Shown piece by piece: positions 12,401 to 25,405 of a stretch of 64,000 nt of DNA. A program made the translations under genes and the position numbers. How positions within the stretch are numbered: position 1 is the first letter of the stretch; the number at the start of each line of letters is the position of its first letter. The stretch spans positions 20,358,210 to 20,422,209 of the forward strand of contig NC_134030.1 of assembly GCF_964204645.1 (NCBI RefSeq), in the 5' to 3' direction. The DNA is from Tubulanus polymorphus. Taxonomy: Eukaryota; Animalia; Nemertea. Below the pieces are notes generated by a model that had not been told where the DNA came from, ran no database searches, and saw only the letters and a program-made list of their open reading frames with translations.

Positions 12401-15400
12401 AAAAGAAACATCGAACCTCCTTATAATGACCTGCGTGGCGCTTAGCGGGTTGAGGATGTTAAAAAAAAATTTTTTAAAAGGTATCATTTTAGTTTAGCCT
12501 TGTTCCATGCATCATCGGTTTCGATATGATTTCAGATATTCCACTGTCGTACGGCGCGATCGACATGAAAGTCGACCCGAACGTTCTGAACGCCGCCGAG
12601 TTCATCTGGGACCCGAAGATCGACACGGGTATCTTCGTGCGCGTTCACTGCATCAGCACGGAGTTCACGCCGAAGAAACACGGCGGCGAGAAGGGCGTTC
12701 CGTTCCGTATCCAGGTCGATACGTACACTCATCCGCAGGACGGCTCGATCGGCGAACTCATACATTCTGCCTCGTCGCAGATTAAAGTATTCAAGGTATT
12801 CAGGTCGGATACTCGGGGCCGGATCCGGGGGGGCAAAGCAGCCTATTTTGTCGAGATAACTTTTTCACAACCTGACTTAAAATCTTTTTGATCGTAAAAT
12901 AGGGATTTTCCCTGTTATTTATTTGGCTGGTAAATTTCGTTTGATTTTTTGATGGGGTAAATCCTCAATCTCGGCCCAGTTCCACAGTTCTGAGTTAGAT
13001 TTGACTCTTGGTTAACTCATTGAAAATGAACTAACTTTAACTCAGAGTTAAGTCTAACTCACAACTGTGGAACTGGGTCCAGGGTAAGAGGCACCGTAGT
13101 AGTGACGATGAGAAACCATGGTTACCCAGGGATTATTATATTGCTTCCACGTCTATGAAACCCAGACCAGGGGCCAGTTGCACAGTCGTGACTTAAGTCC
13201 AAAAGTGGTACTAAGTCTTTAGACTGTTCTTAAGTTGTTAGATTGGCTATAGAACTAAGTTGGTCTTAGACTGGTCTTAAGTCAAAGCCATGACTCAGCA
13301 ACCGGCCCCAGGAGTTTTTTACCCAATTAGGAGGTTACCGAATTAGAAACCAAGTTTAGGTAGTGTATAGAATGATATTGTTTACAAAACAACCAGTTTA
13401 CCGAGATAAACCGTGTCGATTCAGGAGTCTACTGTAATCAGACTCTAAAAGTGATGCAGACACTTCCTCGAAATGTGAAATTTTCTCCTTCAAATCTACT
13501 TATATCCAGTACTGATTTGTGGGGACCCTGTGAGTTATTTGAGTTATGTCACTGATTGTTTAGTTTTATTTTACTGATTGACTTCCGAAAAGTGAAAAGT
13601 CGTAATGCGTAACTGATGTATATTTTATTCTGTAATTTATTCAGCCTAAAGGAGCCGATCGAAAACATAAAACCGACCGGGATAAAATCGAAAAAATTAA
13701 CGAAAGCGAAAAGGTATTTACTCAATCCATTTTTAAACCTGCGTCTGTTTCAATGATTTATGCACAGCTGTTCCTTCATTCGATTTGTTTTATTTTAATT
13801 GCAGAAAAATTATCAGCCATCTTATGAATGTACAGTACTGACTGAGGTAATATCGATGTTTAAAATTTGATCTGATGAATCCTTAAATCTAGATATATGC
13901 TTGTTTCACGTAGCAGGGTTCTCAAGGGTTTGGGGAAAGTCTCGGAAAGTTTTGAAAAATTGAAACTTTTTTTTCCTGGCCCTTGAAAAGCTATGGAAAT
14001 TTTTTTCTCAATGGCTATGGAAAACGTATAGACAATCAGAAAATGGTCTCAAAATAATTTAAATTTCTAGACTGTATGCCAATGAAGAACTACACATTTG
14101 ATAACAAACTTTATGAAGACACTTTGTTAATGGTTTGATGATTGGCACTTATTTTCTTTGACTGGGCTCACATTACCGGTTCTAGGTTGGGGATGTGTAA
14201 CTTAGGGGTATGGAAAAATTTTAGTATAGGTATGGAAAAGTTATGGATAGTGAAATTCAGAACCTGTAAGAACCCTGGTAGTGGTTTTTCGACAAATCAA
14301 GCTAGGCCTAGTGTTACATGAGATGATCCACCAGATGTCCTTAGTGTACGGTAGGATATCAACTGCTGACTGAGGCATTGGTAGTATGTTGCATGACGTC
14401 AACCAGCAGAAAGTTGATTGAAAATTGATTCAATTGATTAGATCCAGTTTATCCTACTGTTTGACGCATAATCTGGTGGGATAAATGGTGGCGTGTTGAC
14501 TCAAAATAGGGCAAAGAATTTATCTAAAACAAATCCATTATTATGATAGTAATTGGTCGAAGTTCACTTTTTGCTGTCGGCCCACTCTATGTGAAGTGGT
14601 ATAACTTCAAAGGCATTTTGCCAGAGTTTGCCGTAAACGTCAGCAGAATTCAATATCGATTTATTCATATCTGCAATTTATTGGTCGAAGTCTTTTCAGA
14701 AGTTTATTCTGACTATGCTTATAGTGACTACTGCCATCTGCTGGGCAAACATGAAATCATATATCATATTGTGTATGCCGTTCAGTGGAGTAGATTACCA
14801 AGATTTCGCAGTGATCGATAGGTGCTGCCCTCTTCACATAAACACATTAACTAATTCATAAACATAGATATACAACACTCTGGGGTAGATTCAGTATCCC
14901 ACTGCACACTAGTGACACCTGGTGAATCCTCACTTGCCACAAGTGGAATCCTCTACTGCCGCACTTGGTGTCCTACTACATTCTGGCGACACCTGGTGGA
15001 TCCTCACTTGCTATAAGTGGAATCCTCTATTGTCGCATTAGTTGATGTCCTACTGCACATTAGCGACACCTGGTGGATCCTCACTTGCCACAAGTGGAAT
15101 CCTCTATTGCCACAGTTGTTGATGTTAGAACCCATTACTGCTACCTCGTCAACGGTCCTCATTTAAAACTCGCGAGTTCATGAGTTTCGTTATCGTAATT
15201 GCAGATTCCTCCCGATCAGATGTACTCGATGAAGTCAACAGTGAATACCGTTAATTCTGTCGCCACGACGACATCTTCATCAACTCTCCATACATCAACT
15301 ACTGAGAAACGAAAGTAAGTTTTTTTTTTTTTTTAATCATATAAACACTTCATGAAAAGATGGCTGCAATGCGTTTGCCATGGCCAGGTTTCAGATGTGC

Positions 15401-18400
15401 GGTAAGGGCCCAGGCCAGGTTTCAGGGGCTTTCCCAGTGGAAAAATGTCGCGTACGATATAATTGAAAACATTTCGTCAGCACACTCGAAATATGATCAT
15501 AGTTCCTCAGAAATGACTAGTTCGGGCGCCTGGAAATTGCGCCCGATACAAATACTTGATTTCGTTGATGGTTGTTTTCAGATGGAGCCCGAAGGTCAGA
15601 ACGAACCGAACTCCGAGAAAACGTAGCGTTTCTTCACCGAATAATTGGGCTGCGTCGAGGTAGGCTGATTTCAGAATCTGGGACTGAGTTATGAATCGGG
15701 CATGTGAGCTGGGGTTGGTTATGTATGGGGTATGGATGCTGTGCTGTGTTGTCTTCCAATTTGCTGGGGTTATTTTCTTATTCAACCCTTTCAGTGCTGA
15801 CTAATCAATACCCTATAGTGCTGGAGATTTGAAAATTTTAAAAAGATTCCACCCTTGTGTGTTGAATAACGGGAATACCACTATAGTGCATCTACACTGC
15901 GGTGCGGTGTATCGTTAGTTACTGATATTTATCCCAATATTTATTCAATATTTCAAACTGATTTAATGCATGATACAAAGTTACTGTGTGATACTGCAAA
16001 CAGATAATTAAGTGATTAAGGAGTGGGGGAGAAATTCGCTAGTAGTTGCTCAGTCAGCCGCGCTTCAATTTCTTTTTTCACCAAAATCAGCTAGTGTAAA
16101 TCCGCCATCAATGGAAATTATATTGTGGGATACAAAACGCGATAGTTGAAAAAGTTTATCTTACATATTTGTGTAGGCTTGTATGAAAGTACAGGTAGAT
16201 TTTTAGGAAACTAAAAAGTCTATTTCAAAGTCGATTGAAATCGGAATCGCAAATACTTGTCCGCATTTGTCAGAATTTTTCGTAATTCAATCGTATTCAT
16301 GCGCAGATGATATTATGAGTCAAATTATTTTATGTTTCGAAAATGTTTTTCTGAGCAGAACAAAGGCTATTCTTGGCTGTATTAGGTTAGAATTTGAAAC
16401 TGTTCTAAAAATAAACAGGCTTCGGGGTTAATGTTAGAAGAAGTCTTGGAACCAGAATTTTGGGGTTAAGATAATGGGTTTAACGTCAAGATTGGCCAGG
16501 GCCCAGTTTCACGAAAAGGTTAAATCGATTTGATTTTTTCATCGATTCAGTTTATCTTAAATCGATTAAGGCCATAATCCTTTTTGTGAAACTGGGTCCT
16601 GTAAACCAGGGGGTTCGCTATTCATATTTGGAATTTTTCGTAAGGTGCTTTGGTAAATTTAAGCATCCCGCGGAAAATATTTAAAAATCAGAATCAAAGA
16701 GAAACAATTTCACTACTTCTTGGGGTGAAAATTCTGCTCTTTTTTTCCTACAATTTGGCCTGAAATGAATTAAGTTTGGAAGCAAGTGCTTCGAACAAAA
16801 AAAGAATGAAACTTAACCAATGAGTGAATCTTTTGATATCGATGCTCAAAATTTCTTAAGTTTCGGCATCTCGGCGGACCTTTTTCAACGAGCCCCTTAA
16901 ACCTCCTAAATACGGGCCTGAGATTCTGCGGTTCATCCAGGCCTGTGATTTACAATCGGAGTAGGGACCCCGAAATCAGGGTCGCGCGTACTCAATGATA
17001 ACTACATACGTAGATATGTCGCGTCGCGTGTGTTCGATATTGACCTATATTGTGTCTATATTGACCTATATTGTGTCGCGTTTGTGCCTCTTGACATATC
17101 ACGCATACAGCTAGTGACCGTGTTGACTAGTTTAGATAACGCGTCGGTCTTATCACCGAATTCAGCCAGTTTCAGCGAGTAAACGCCGGTGATTTTAATC
17201 GCGGAAAATTTCCGCGTTTTCATTCCACCATTGTACGATACATAGTCGCGTTTGAAGCACCTTATTTCGAGAGTTATGTGGACCGCGGCAATCTGTCGAA
17301 CTTGAAGGTTGTTTATTAGGCGACATTTTATGACGAGTGGCTTACATAATAACAACTGACCGGTAACATTGCAATTGAATGCGGTGTAGGATTAGTTTCA
17401 ACGTTCGACAAAACTGAATCCTGGATAAAGGATTTTACGCTTACCGACTCAACTAAAAATCGTATTGGAATGCGGACTCCCTTTGGGACCGACAAGTATC
17501 GGAAATGTATTGCGATTCTCATAATTATTGATCGAGGGTATTCATTGATCGATTTGAAAGGATTTTTCGAAATTCGATATAGCTAAAAACCGTAGTGGAA
17601 TTCGGACTGCGATGGACTAGTATCTGAAATGCGGTGCAATTCTCATGAGTATCAATAAGTCACATTAATTGATGTAAAGAGCTATAGTTATTTGTCACAC
17701 CCCCCCCCCCCGAAAATTTTTTAGCCATTAACCGAATTTCTATTTGACATGTTCGTTGCGATGTTAGTGTATTTTATATTGCGTTTTCGTACTGTGAAAT
17801 TTTCGATACAATGTCCGTGGACGACAGTGTCGCCCGAACAAATGTTTACTCTGCAAATCGTCGCAATGGAATCTACGGAAAAAATTGCTTGCGCGTTTTC
17901 AAGGTATGCGAGGTTTCGGGTGTTAAATCCGTTTTCTGTTAATTCATTCTGTTAGCTCTATCAAGCGTCTACACCGCAGTGCGGTGTATAAATCTCTGAT
18001 GGTTTTCGCTAGTACACTGCATCATAGTGTATCGATGTAATGAGCAATAAGTTATTATCACTATAGAAGATGGCAGCATTATGTCGAGCATTATGAAATA
18101 TTAGTAACTAACAAATACACCGCACCCGGGTGTAGACGTGCGCTGTGTGACGGCGTTCTGGGGTGGAATTTTTCCAAATTTTCAAATCATCTCGCGCATT
18201 TTCAGGCATTGATTAATCGGCGGTGAAAAGGTTAAGGTCGATTCTACTTCGCTTCAATTGTTTTGATTTTTACGATTTTTTTTGCAGAACATCCCCTACA
18301 GGAAGTGTCGGTATGCCGAGTCCGAGTCCTTCGCCAAATTCCGATACGAGTTCAGTTATCGGTCACACTCGACTAGATGCAGAATTCTGTGTAAGTACCC

Positions 18401-21400
18401 CGGGTATATTATTACATAGTTGTTATTTCAAAATTTTTAGGACAGTAGTTTTTTCAGCGAGCCCATATTCACTATTTCTTTGAATACCATCTGCCAATTT
18501 GTCACAATGATGATACGCAACAAGTCCTACTAGCAGGGCCGTCGAAACAGGGGTGGCAGCAGCCGCCTTACTTTTTTGCTTAACAAAAATTTTTTCAAAA
18601 GCATGCTATACCGCGTAGCAGCTCGTCGTTCTCTGTACTAGGTGGTTGACTCACGACTTCTCATGCTTCTGTGAATGAGACCGTGAAATGGCCCCAAAAC
18701 GCATCTCCGGCGATTGAATTTTCAAAATTTTTCTAGGGGAGGTCCCCCAGACCACCCTTCAGAAATAAGCCTCGCCACTGAAAAATTCCTTCCGACGGCT
18801 CTGACTAGTGTCCCCTTCTCGGGAATTTCATCATCACTATATTTTAAAATTACCTCATTGACATATTCAGAACGTCCCACATCCGATGTTCGAATGTGAA
18901 GGTTGCAGCCCTACGGAAAACCTTATATAGCTGCTTTGCAGCTATATTTATTGTTTGTGATCTGTTACCGATTATTTGAACGCCTATGTCTCATTTCATA
19001 TGTTACAGTTGTTGGATTCGGGGGAATTTTCGGTAAATACTTGTTTCCGTCCCTTTCCCGACCCCTAAACCCTCCCCCTTTAAATTCAGTAATCAGTCAT
19101 TGTGTTAGCCTACTGGGTTAGAGTTACGTATGAACGAATGAAGATTTACACCTAAAATGCTCTATTCATTAATTGATTCATATCTGCTCGACATTTTTAA
19201 TCAGAAACAATATTTCCAAAATATCCACTAATCTGAGTGATTATCTTTATGATACCCCTTGCTCCTTGAGAATAAAACACCGTGAATAATATAGTTATAG
19301 AATCCACTGCGATGGTCTCGGAAAGCAGTTTACACATCAAAATATCCACTAATCTGAGTGATTATCTTTATTTTCCCATCCACATGATCCATAGTGATTT
19401 TGATCATCCACACTTCACATGTGTTAAACAAAATTTGAGTTCAGTGATTCAACTGAGACATTGATAATTGAAAATGAACTAAAAACACCAGATATTAGAC
19501 ATTTTATAAGCACATTTTTCAATAAGTGAAAAAGCCTCACACTTCACACTAATGGTGAATGTCTGAAGGGATGGTTTGTTTACAAAAAGATTGTAACCGG
19601 TATCACGAAGTCTGTTGAGTGAAAATATTGAAATTATGTATTTACAGCCATTGTCTCCCGATGCGTCTGCTAACCAAGTTTCCGAATGGCTTCATCAAAA
19701 CAGATTCTATAACTTTTCACGTATTTTTCAAAATTTTTCCGGTAAGTTATATCCAGCATTTTCGGGTATCAATTACCGGTAGTCAGCACCAAACAAGTTG
19801 AATTTGACAAGAGAAATATTGCTGTCATATTGCTATACATGTAGTTTGTTTATTCGTTAGGTGCTGATTTATTAAGACTGTCTCGCGACGATCTCATACA
19901 AATTTGTGGATTAGCCGATGGCATACGACTAAACAACGCTTTACAATCGAAGTAAGTTGACTACAGTCGGAACGCATTCTCTGAAACTAAAAACAATAAC
20001 ACTTACTCTACTGCGAATAACTGTAGAATAAGTCTTAACTGACCTCCGTGTATTTGAGTAACTTTACGCCGGCTAAGCCTATCAGCCCTCAAGCGGCCTA
20101 AACATCCGCCCTGCCTATTACTACTCAAGCCACCAGAATCCTCCTGGACTCTTTTTTCATCTGCTACACAAAAAAGGTTAAAGTGGGATTCAAACCCAAT
20201 AGCTTAGGATAAACTGGACACCCAAGATGTCAAAATTTGGTGCAGAAATCAATATCTTACGTATCTATATGAAATTCTTGAGTGTTACAATAATTTCCAG
20301 TTCATTTTCAATTAAACTACTGTTTTTGATGTCAAATTACTTTCGAATTTGGTACAATCTACAATAAGAGATATCAAATACCCAGGTCTCGCATGTCTGG
20401 AAAAAAATTTCCATTTTCAAAACTTTCAACAACCCGTAAGAAACATGTAACAGAGACATGATGTTTCTAACTAAGTTGTTTTATTTTCGCAGAATAATCC
20501 GACCAAAGTTGTCAGTATTTGTGTCGCAGGAAGGAGAACAAGGTACGTGAGCCGTCCCACCTGTAGACCAAACGTAATATACTCGATAAAAATTTTGTTC
20601 ATTTTCATCAAGTATTGACTTTCATAGATCCAATAGCCTCTTGAATCGCGATTGAAATAAGCTAGATCGGTTAATTAGAAATCTAAAATTAAAAATCATA
20701 TGTATGGACCTTATACAGGGTGGCCACTTACCTGAAAATCAGGCAAAAGTCAGGAAATTTTCGTGTCTTGAAAGTCAGGGAAATATTTGTTGAGATTGTG
20801 TTAATTGATTGAATTCTTAGCAAATCAAGTCAGGGAATTCGACTTACATGTCGGGGAATAGTCGGGGAAAAAGCAAGTCAAATAAAATTGGCCGCTTTTT
20901 CATATTATAAAGTATCCATCTAACGTAAAGTACCCATCTAACCTAGATAAATAATGTTTGGATAAAACTGATCTGGATTAAGTGTGTTTCATGGTCGTTT
21001 CTTAACTACACATTAGAAATTTCGGATTTACAGGTTGGCTTTCAAAACGATGGCCTACGTTCCCTTGTTACATCTTGAATCGGCACTGGCTAAAATTTCT
21101 TTTCAAATTTTGTTTTTTTCAGTTTACCACGCGTTGTATTTAGAGTTGTTAGATTATAACGAGCTCGTGTCGAAGTTGGCAGCTTTATACAATTTACCGG
21201 CGGAGAAAGTCGCCGACGTTTATCTACAAGGTCCGTCGGGAATTCACATACTAGTCACCGACGAGGTCATACAAAACATCACCGATCAGTCGAGATTTAA
21301 TGTCGACGCGCTAAACGGTAAGAAGAGGCCACCAGGAGCGCCATCATTACACACTGCCATCATTACTACGCAGGGTGATGGCTGGATAACTCAGAAAATT

Positions 21401-21589
21401 GTTTCTTTATCAATACGTGATTCGTTGAAAAATGAGTGAATTGTAACATTCCATTAAAATTTGAATAAAGCTGAGTTGACAATTGCGTTTGCTTGTAGGT
21501 GCTAGTGATGTTCTAATATATTGTAATGATTTTTCATTTCAGATCAATCAAACGATACATATCGAATTCTGTTGAAAACAGTGGATTAA
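3409..21589 (+). CDS. TFCP2: CP2/LSF (Grainyhead-CP2 superfamily) transcription factor, TFCP2/UBP1/gemini orthologue, 16 coding exons, 534 aa
   Basis: Hand-spliced GT-AG exons, all phase-compatible: 3409-3557, 5881-5946 ([13 protein letters not shown]), 10034-10110 ([26 protein letters not shown]), 10932-10999 (QSYEVKIKK), 11904-12009 ([24 protein letters not shown]), 12536-12795 ([39 protein letters not shown]), 13645-13713 ([12 protein letters not shown]), 13805-13846 ([12 protein letters not shown]), 15205-15314, 15582-15659, 18288-18390, 19648-19741 (WLHQNRF..FQNFSG), 19861-19951 ([30 protein letters not shown]-like), 20493-20542, 21123-21317 ([21 protein letters not shown]), 21543-21589 (TAA). 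Total 1605 nt. Motifs are diagnostic of the LSF/CP2 subfamily. Exon 1 and exon 15582-15659 are the least certain. Confidence 0.95.
3684..3793. mobile_element. Short palindromic MITE (CCAGTTCCACAGTT...AACTGTGGAACTGG); other copies about 4840-4942 and 12973-13079
   Basis: Terminal inverted repeats, three copies in the window, CWG flanks. Confidence 0.82.
3901..3946 (+). ncRNA. Minimal type-I hammerhead ribozyme motif (Penelope-like element associated)
   Basis: TTCCT-CTGATGA-TGGGGCTT cgtt AAAGCTCC-GAAAC-T-GTC-AAGAA; a mirror copy lies on the minus strand at 3804-3849. Confidence 0.55.
6090..6900. repeat. 31-bp minisatellite with alternating A/B monomers in TFCP2 intron 2
   Basis: A = gttgtcagttgatagccaatagttgtacata; B = gttgtcagttgtgagtcaaatgttgtacata; mostly AB dimers. 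Confidence 0.95.
7767..8047 (+). mobile_element. piggyBac-like MITE copy
   Basis: TTAA|CCCTTTCAATGC ... CTGAAAGGG; collinear with 334-613. Confidence 0.8.
9715..9945 (+). mobile_element. Truncated piggyBac-like MITE copy
   Basis: Internal homology to 334-613; ends degraded. Confidence 0.65.
10202..10420 (+). mobile_element. tRNA-derived SINE with 13-bp TSD
   Basis: A-box TGGCCGAGTGG, B-box GGTTCAAACCC, A-rich tail; TSD AACCGTCTTGAAG at 10189-10201 and 10421-10433. Confidence 0.88.
11212..11798. mobile_element. hAT-like non-autonomous element, TIR CAGGGTTTCCAG, 5-bp TSD AATAG
   Basis: AATAG|CAGGGTTTCCAG ... CTGGAAACCCTG|AATAG, with subterminal aagtcc/gtcctt repeats. Confidence 0.75.
12277..12479 (+). 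mobile_element. Second copy of the tRNA-derived SINE
   Basis: Collinear with 10208-10420; B-box GGTTCGATCCC. Confidence 0.85.
13171..13308. mobile_element. Harbinger-like palindromic MITE, TSD CAG; partial copy near 58692-58785
   Basis: CAG|GGGCCAGTTGC...GCAACCGGCCC|CAG. Confidence 0.78.
13914..14277. mobile_element. hAT-like non-autonomous element, TIR CAGGGTTCT
   Basis: GTAG|CAGGGTTCTCAAGGGTT ... AACCTGTAAGAACCCTG|GTAG; subterminal TATGGAAA repeats. Confidence 0.72.
14900..15120. repeat. About 75-80-bp tandem repeat, about 3 copies
   Basis: gacacctggtg(g/a)atcctcacttgc..caagtggaatcctcta repeated three times. Confidence 0.88.
15786..15930 (-). mobile_element. Truncated piggyBac-like MITE copy
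   Basis: CCCTTTCAGTGCTGACTAATCAATACCCTATAGTGCTGGAGA is the reverse complement of the right end of 334-613. Confidence 0.75.
17955..18232 (+). mobile_element. Diverged piggyBac-like MITE copy
   Basis: gcgtctacaccgcagtgcggtgta ... gtgaaaagg|ttaa. Confidence 0.72.
18534..18803. mobile_element. hAT-like non-autonomous element, 5-bp TSD ACTAG
   Basis: ACTAG|CAGGGCCGTCG ... CGACGGCTCTG|ACTAG. Confidence 0.75.
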
Positions 21590-21654
21590 ATATAAACTTC
21601 TTAATCTGTGTAATGTAAACGTCGCACTGGAGATCCTAGAAGGGTCGTGTTGCA

Positions 21655-21955
21655 GCTGGATTAGGGTACATCCCTGATTGATGATGGATTGGGGCACACC
21701 CCTGTTCGATGGATTAAGGCAGACGCCTGTTCGATGATGGATTAGGGCAGACGCCTGTTTGATGATGTATTAGGGCAGATGCCTGTTCGGTGGATTAGGG
21801 CAGACGCCTGTTCGATGATGGATAAGGGCAGACGCCTGTTCGATGATGTATTAGGGCAGACGCCTGTTTGGTGATGGAAATCGGGCACACCCCTGCTTGA
21901 TGAAAGATTAGGGCAAAGCCCTGGTTCGATGAAGGATAGGGTACACCCTTGTCTG
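21655..21955. repeat. About 25-29-bp minisatellite just after the TFCP2 stop codon
   Basis: About 10 units of gattagggcagacgcctgttcgatgatg. Confidence 0.92.
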
Positions 21956-23687
21956 GTGACGGGTTACTGATTATCCATGTCTAGAGCTTTAAGGTAGTGC
22001 GCATGATGCCTAGTCACTGAATACTAGACACATGACCTGTTGCACGATACGATACACTGCTGGCTCATATTAGGCACGATTGAAGCAACTCAAAGTGAGT
22101 TGAGAAATGCGGTAGACTGCTCCTAACGTAAAGCGAGGAATGAGTCTACTGTTAGGGGCGGATCCAGGGGCAGACTTTGACAGGTGCACAGAGATATGAA
22201 AAGGGCACAGATACTGAAAAAAGGGCAAGTATCCGCGAGCGCCAAGCCAACACGAGTGTCTGGCAAAATTTGAGATTTCAGTCTATCTTAACCTTTTCGC
22301 TGCAAAAGATGAGAAAAAAGTTGATATATACCGGTATAGCTAATGCCACTTGGTTCGGGTGGTCGGCAGGCTGGTGGCGCCAGGTGACTTGGTTATTGCA
22401 TGTGCTACGCTGTCGGATGGTGGCCAGAATTTAGTAATGATATTTCTAGCTATTTTCATCAAGGAAACATCCGGAAACATAACGAATAAGGCCCAATCAA
22501 AAATAGATGGTTTTGTTTCATTCGAATTTGTTTAATTGTTTTACCTGGGGACCCTCGCATACCACAGCAACCAAGCTCGCGGCGAAAGGGTTAATGTCAA
22601 TTTCTAGGTGCTCGAGTTTAGTGACATTGGAGAGAATGAGATAGATCTTGGGCAGTGGACTGCTGCTCCATTAGTTGCGGGTGAAAACTTGCTCTGAAAA
22701 GGATTGCTTTCGTTTTTCGATAGGGCACGGGAATATTGGTACTAGAGCGCGTGGTGCTCATTGTCGCCTAATCTGGATCCGACTCTGGCTGCGTCTGCTT
22801 TGACTTTGTGCGATTTTCATAGTAACGAGGACAATTTTTTAACGTATATTTTCTATGGGCGTGATTTGTCGGATGTTGTTCATTAGAATGAACTATATTG
22901 TGATATAGGGTAAAAGCAGGGAAAACTTGTTTATACAGTTTTGTATAGTGGATTATTATTAATCAATACTGTACCGTATAATGTTAAGTATGTTATTTCA
23001 ATAGATTTTACGAGTGATTATTATAAAACGTTGATAACGTGCTTAATACAAATAATTTCATGATGATTTTCTATTTACCCGCGCAGTTGTAAGCTTCCTC
23101 TTTCCTTGTGCGCGGTTTGGTGCCGTGGCCGAGTCTCGCGATGCCGTCAAATTCGAATCTCGGCTGGCGGCATCGCTTGACACAGCTATGGCATTGAAGC
23201 CCTGGCAAGCTAGACCGTGTGTGCAGGTACATGCGCAGATTTAGATGATGTCATCAGATATCCTGTTGTGATTTAACCCAAGTTTTCCCATTTATAGTTT
23301 ATCTGTGAAATTTGCCTCAGGGGTTTTACAACGAGCAATCTGATTGGTGCCGCATGTACCTGCCAACCGGTCTTTAGTGTGGCAAACCTGTGCATGTACC
23401 TATGCACCATGGCAGTCTCAATGCTATCAGGTTTGAATCCCTGCCGAGGGAGGATGGAATGGAATAGACACTGCCAACCATCGTCGTGCATCCTATCACG
23501 GCAGGGATTCGAACCTGAAGACATCGCGAGACTCTGCCATGGCACGAAACCCTGCCTGGTTAGCCTGAGTGCGCAGGTATCAAATTGCCGGTTGTATAAT
23601 CACTGAGGCACATTTAACGCATACCTGTTACTAATCTATACGTGGGATAACCCGGGTTAGAATAAACAAATTTTAGGTAAAGTGCAT

Positions 23688-23945
23688 CAGGGTCCGATCT
23701 AAGCACTTGTCCGATTGCCCGGGACAAGTATGTTTTCATCAGGGCAAGTAGGTTATCATTATCACTTGTCCCCCGCGCTAGTGCAATTTCATGTCACAAA
23801 AGCTTTTTCCCACTCGATACAACGGATGATAGTAACACCAATCAAACCACCTATGTAGGGCAAGTAGCTTTTGGAAGGGGCAAGCGAAATTTCAGATATG
23901 CTTGCCCCCCGGACAAGTGGCTTTTATTCCTTGGATCGGACCCTG
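23688..23945. mobile_element. hAT-like non-autonomous element, 6-bp TSD GTGCAT
   Basis: GTGCAT|CAGGGTCCGATC ... GATCGGACCCTG|GTGCAT; subterminal GGGCAAGT repeats. Confidence 0.8.
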
Positions 23946-24950
23946 GTGCATGTACCGGTACTTTACGAATGACTCAGCAATTCCTATTTCTTATAATGTG
24001 ACCGAATGAAATGAATGAGTAATGTTCTTACTGAGTTTGGTTGTGTATATATGTATGTAGTTTTAGAGAGTAGAATATGAAAGATGGCTGCGTTGGTTTC
24101 AGTTGTTCGTGCTCTAAATGCAACATGTTTACGCATCATATTTATACCCTGTATAAAATTCTTAGTGTACAGTAAATCTTGCCTTGTTCGTGTAAAATTG
24201 GTCAGTTCGGTTAACGATTGGAGATACCTCTACAAGGTCTGAAAATTAGTTTTCATCCCAGTTGGCTATGGTCGAGTTAGGCTAGTCATTTACTGGCCCA
24301 CTCGACGATACTTGTAAATTTATGATTTGTTTTTATGAAGGTGTACAATTGAACCTCGTTACAACGATCTTCATGGCACCAGAAAATCTGTTCATTAGGC
24401 CAAAAAAAATTGATACCTTGTTTCTCCGCTCTGCTGAGCTTAAATGTTGACCCTGCCGGCCGCCTATCTACCCTATACATTACTTTTTTTAAAATCGTGA
24501 TCAATTTCACCATAACAGACCCGGCCGCTATAGAAATGAACTGTTTATAAATTTTATCATATTTTACAAAAATGACCCGGCCGCTGCGGAGAAACAAGGT
24601 ATCATTTTTGTTAAGCCTTATGAAGTATATAGTTCATTATATCCAGTATCAAATTATAATGAAATTGTCCTATTTGGGACTAAATTCAAGGTTTGTAATT
24701 CAATAATGGATAAATCGTTTTATCTGAGGTGTCGCTGTATGGGTGAAAATGGCCAGTTGACCGCACACACTATGTTACTATGATGAACAGTCCATATAAA
24801 TTCTATAATACGTATGCAATGTATTTACATGTATTTGTGGTTATGTGTATATTTATTATCATGTATTTTGTTGACTCGAAATACAAACGAAAGAACTTAT
24901 AGTAAAGATTATAGGGCATTGTTCGTTTATTTTTGTTGGTGAAAGCGATG

Positions 24951-25405
24951 GGGTCATCCTTATTACCGAGATGACGTATTTTACCGAGATGAACCGAGAC
25001 GAACCGAGCGAGATGAAATGAAATATAGCATATTTATTTATTCCTTATCGATTTTAACACTTGAAATCATGTTATATCAGTAATAAATACCTTCTAGAGT
25101 CATATTTTACATATTTTATTTATTAAAAAAAATTTTGACTTCAAATACGTAAACTCGATTAGCAATAAAATTTCATTGAATTTGATTGATCGACGATCTC
25201 ATCTCGGTAAAGTTAAGTTATTTTTCTACAAAAATATCCGACAAAATATGTAAAATATGACTCCAGCAGGCATTTATTACTGATATGATATGATGTCAAT
25301 TGTTAAAATCGAAAAGGAATAAATAAATATGTTATATTTCATTTCATCTCAGTTGATCTCGGTTCATCTCGGTAAAATACGTCATCTCGGTAATAAGGAT
25401 GACCG
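24951..25405. mobile_element. Fold-back MITE with about 165-bp inverted arms and 8-bp TSD
   Basis: GGTCATCCTTATTACCGAGATGACGTATTTTACCGAGATGAACCGAGA and its reverse complement ending at 25404; AAGCGATG at 24943-24950 and 25406-25413. Confidence 0.88.
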
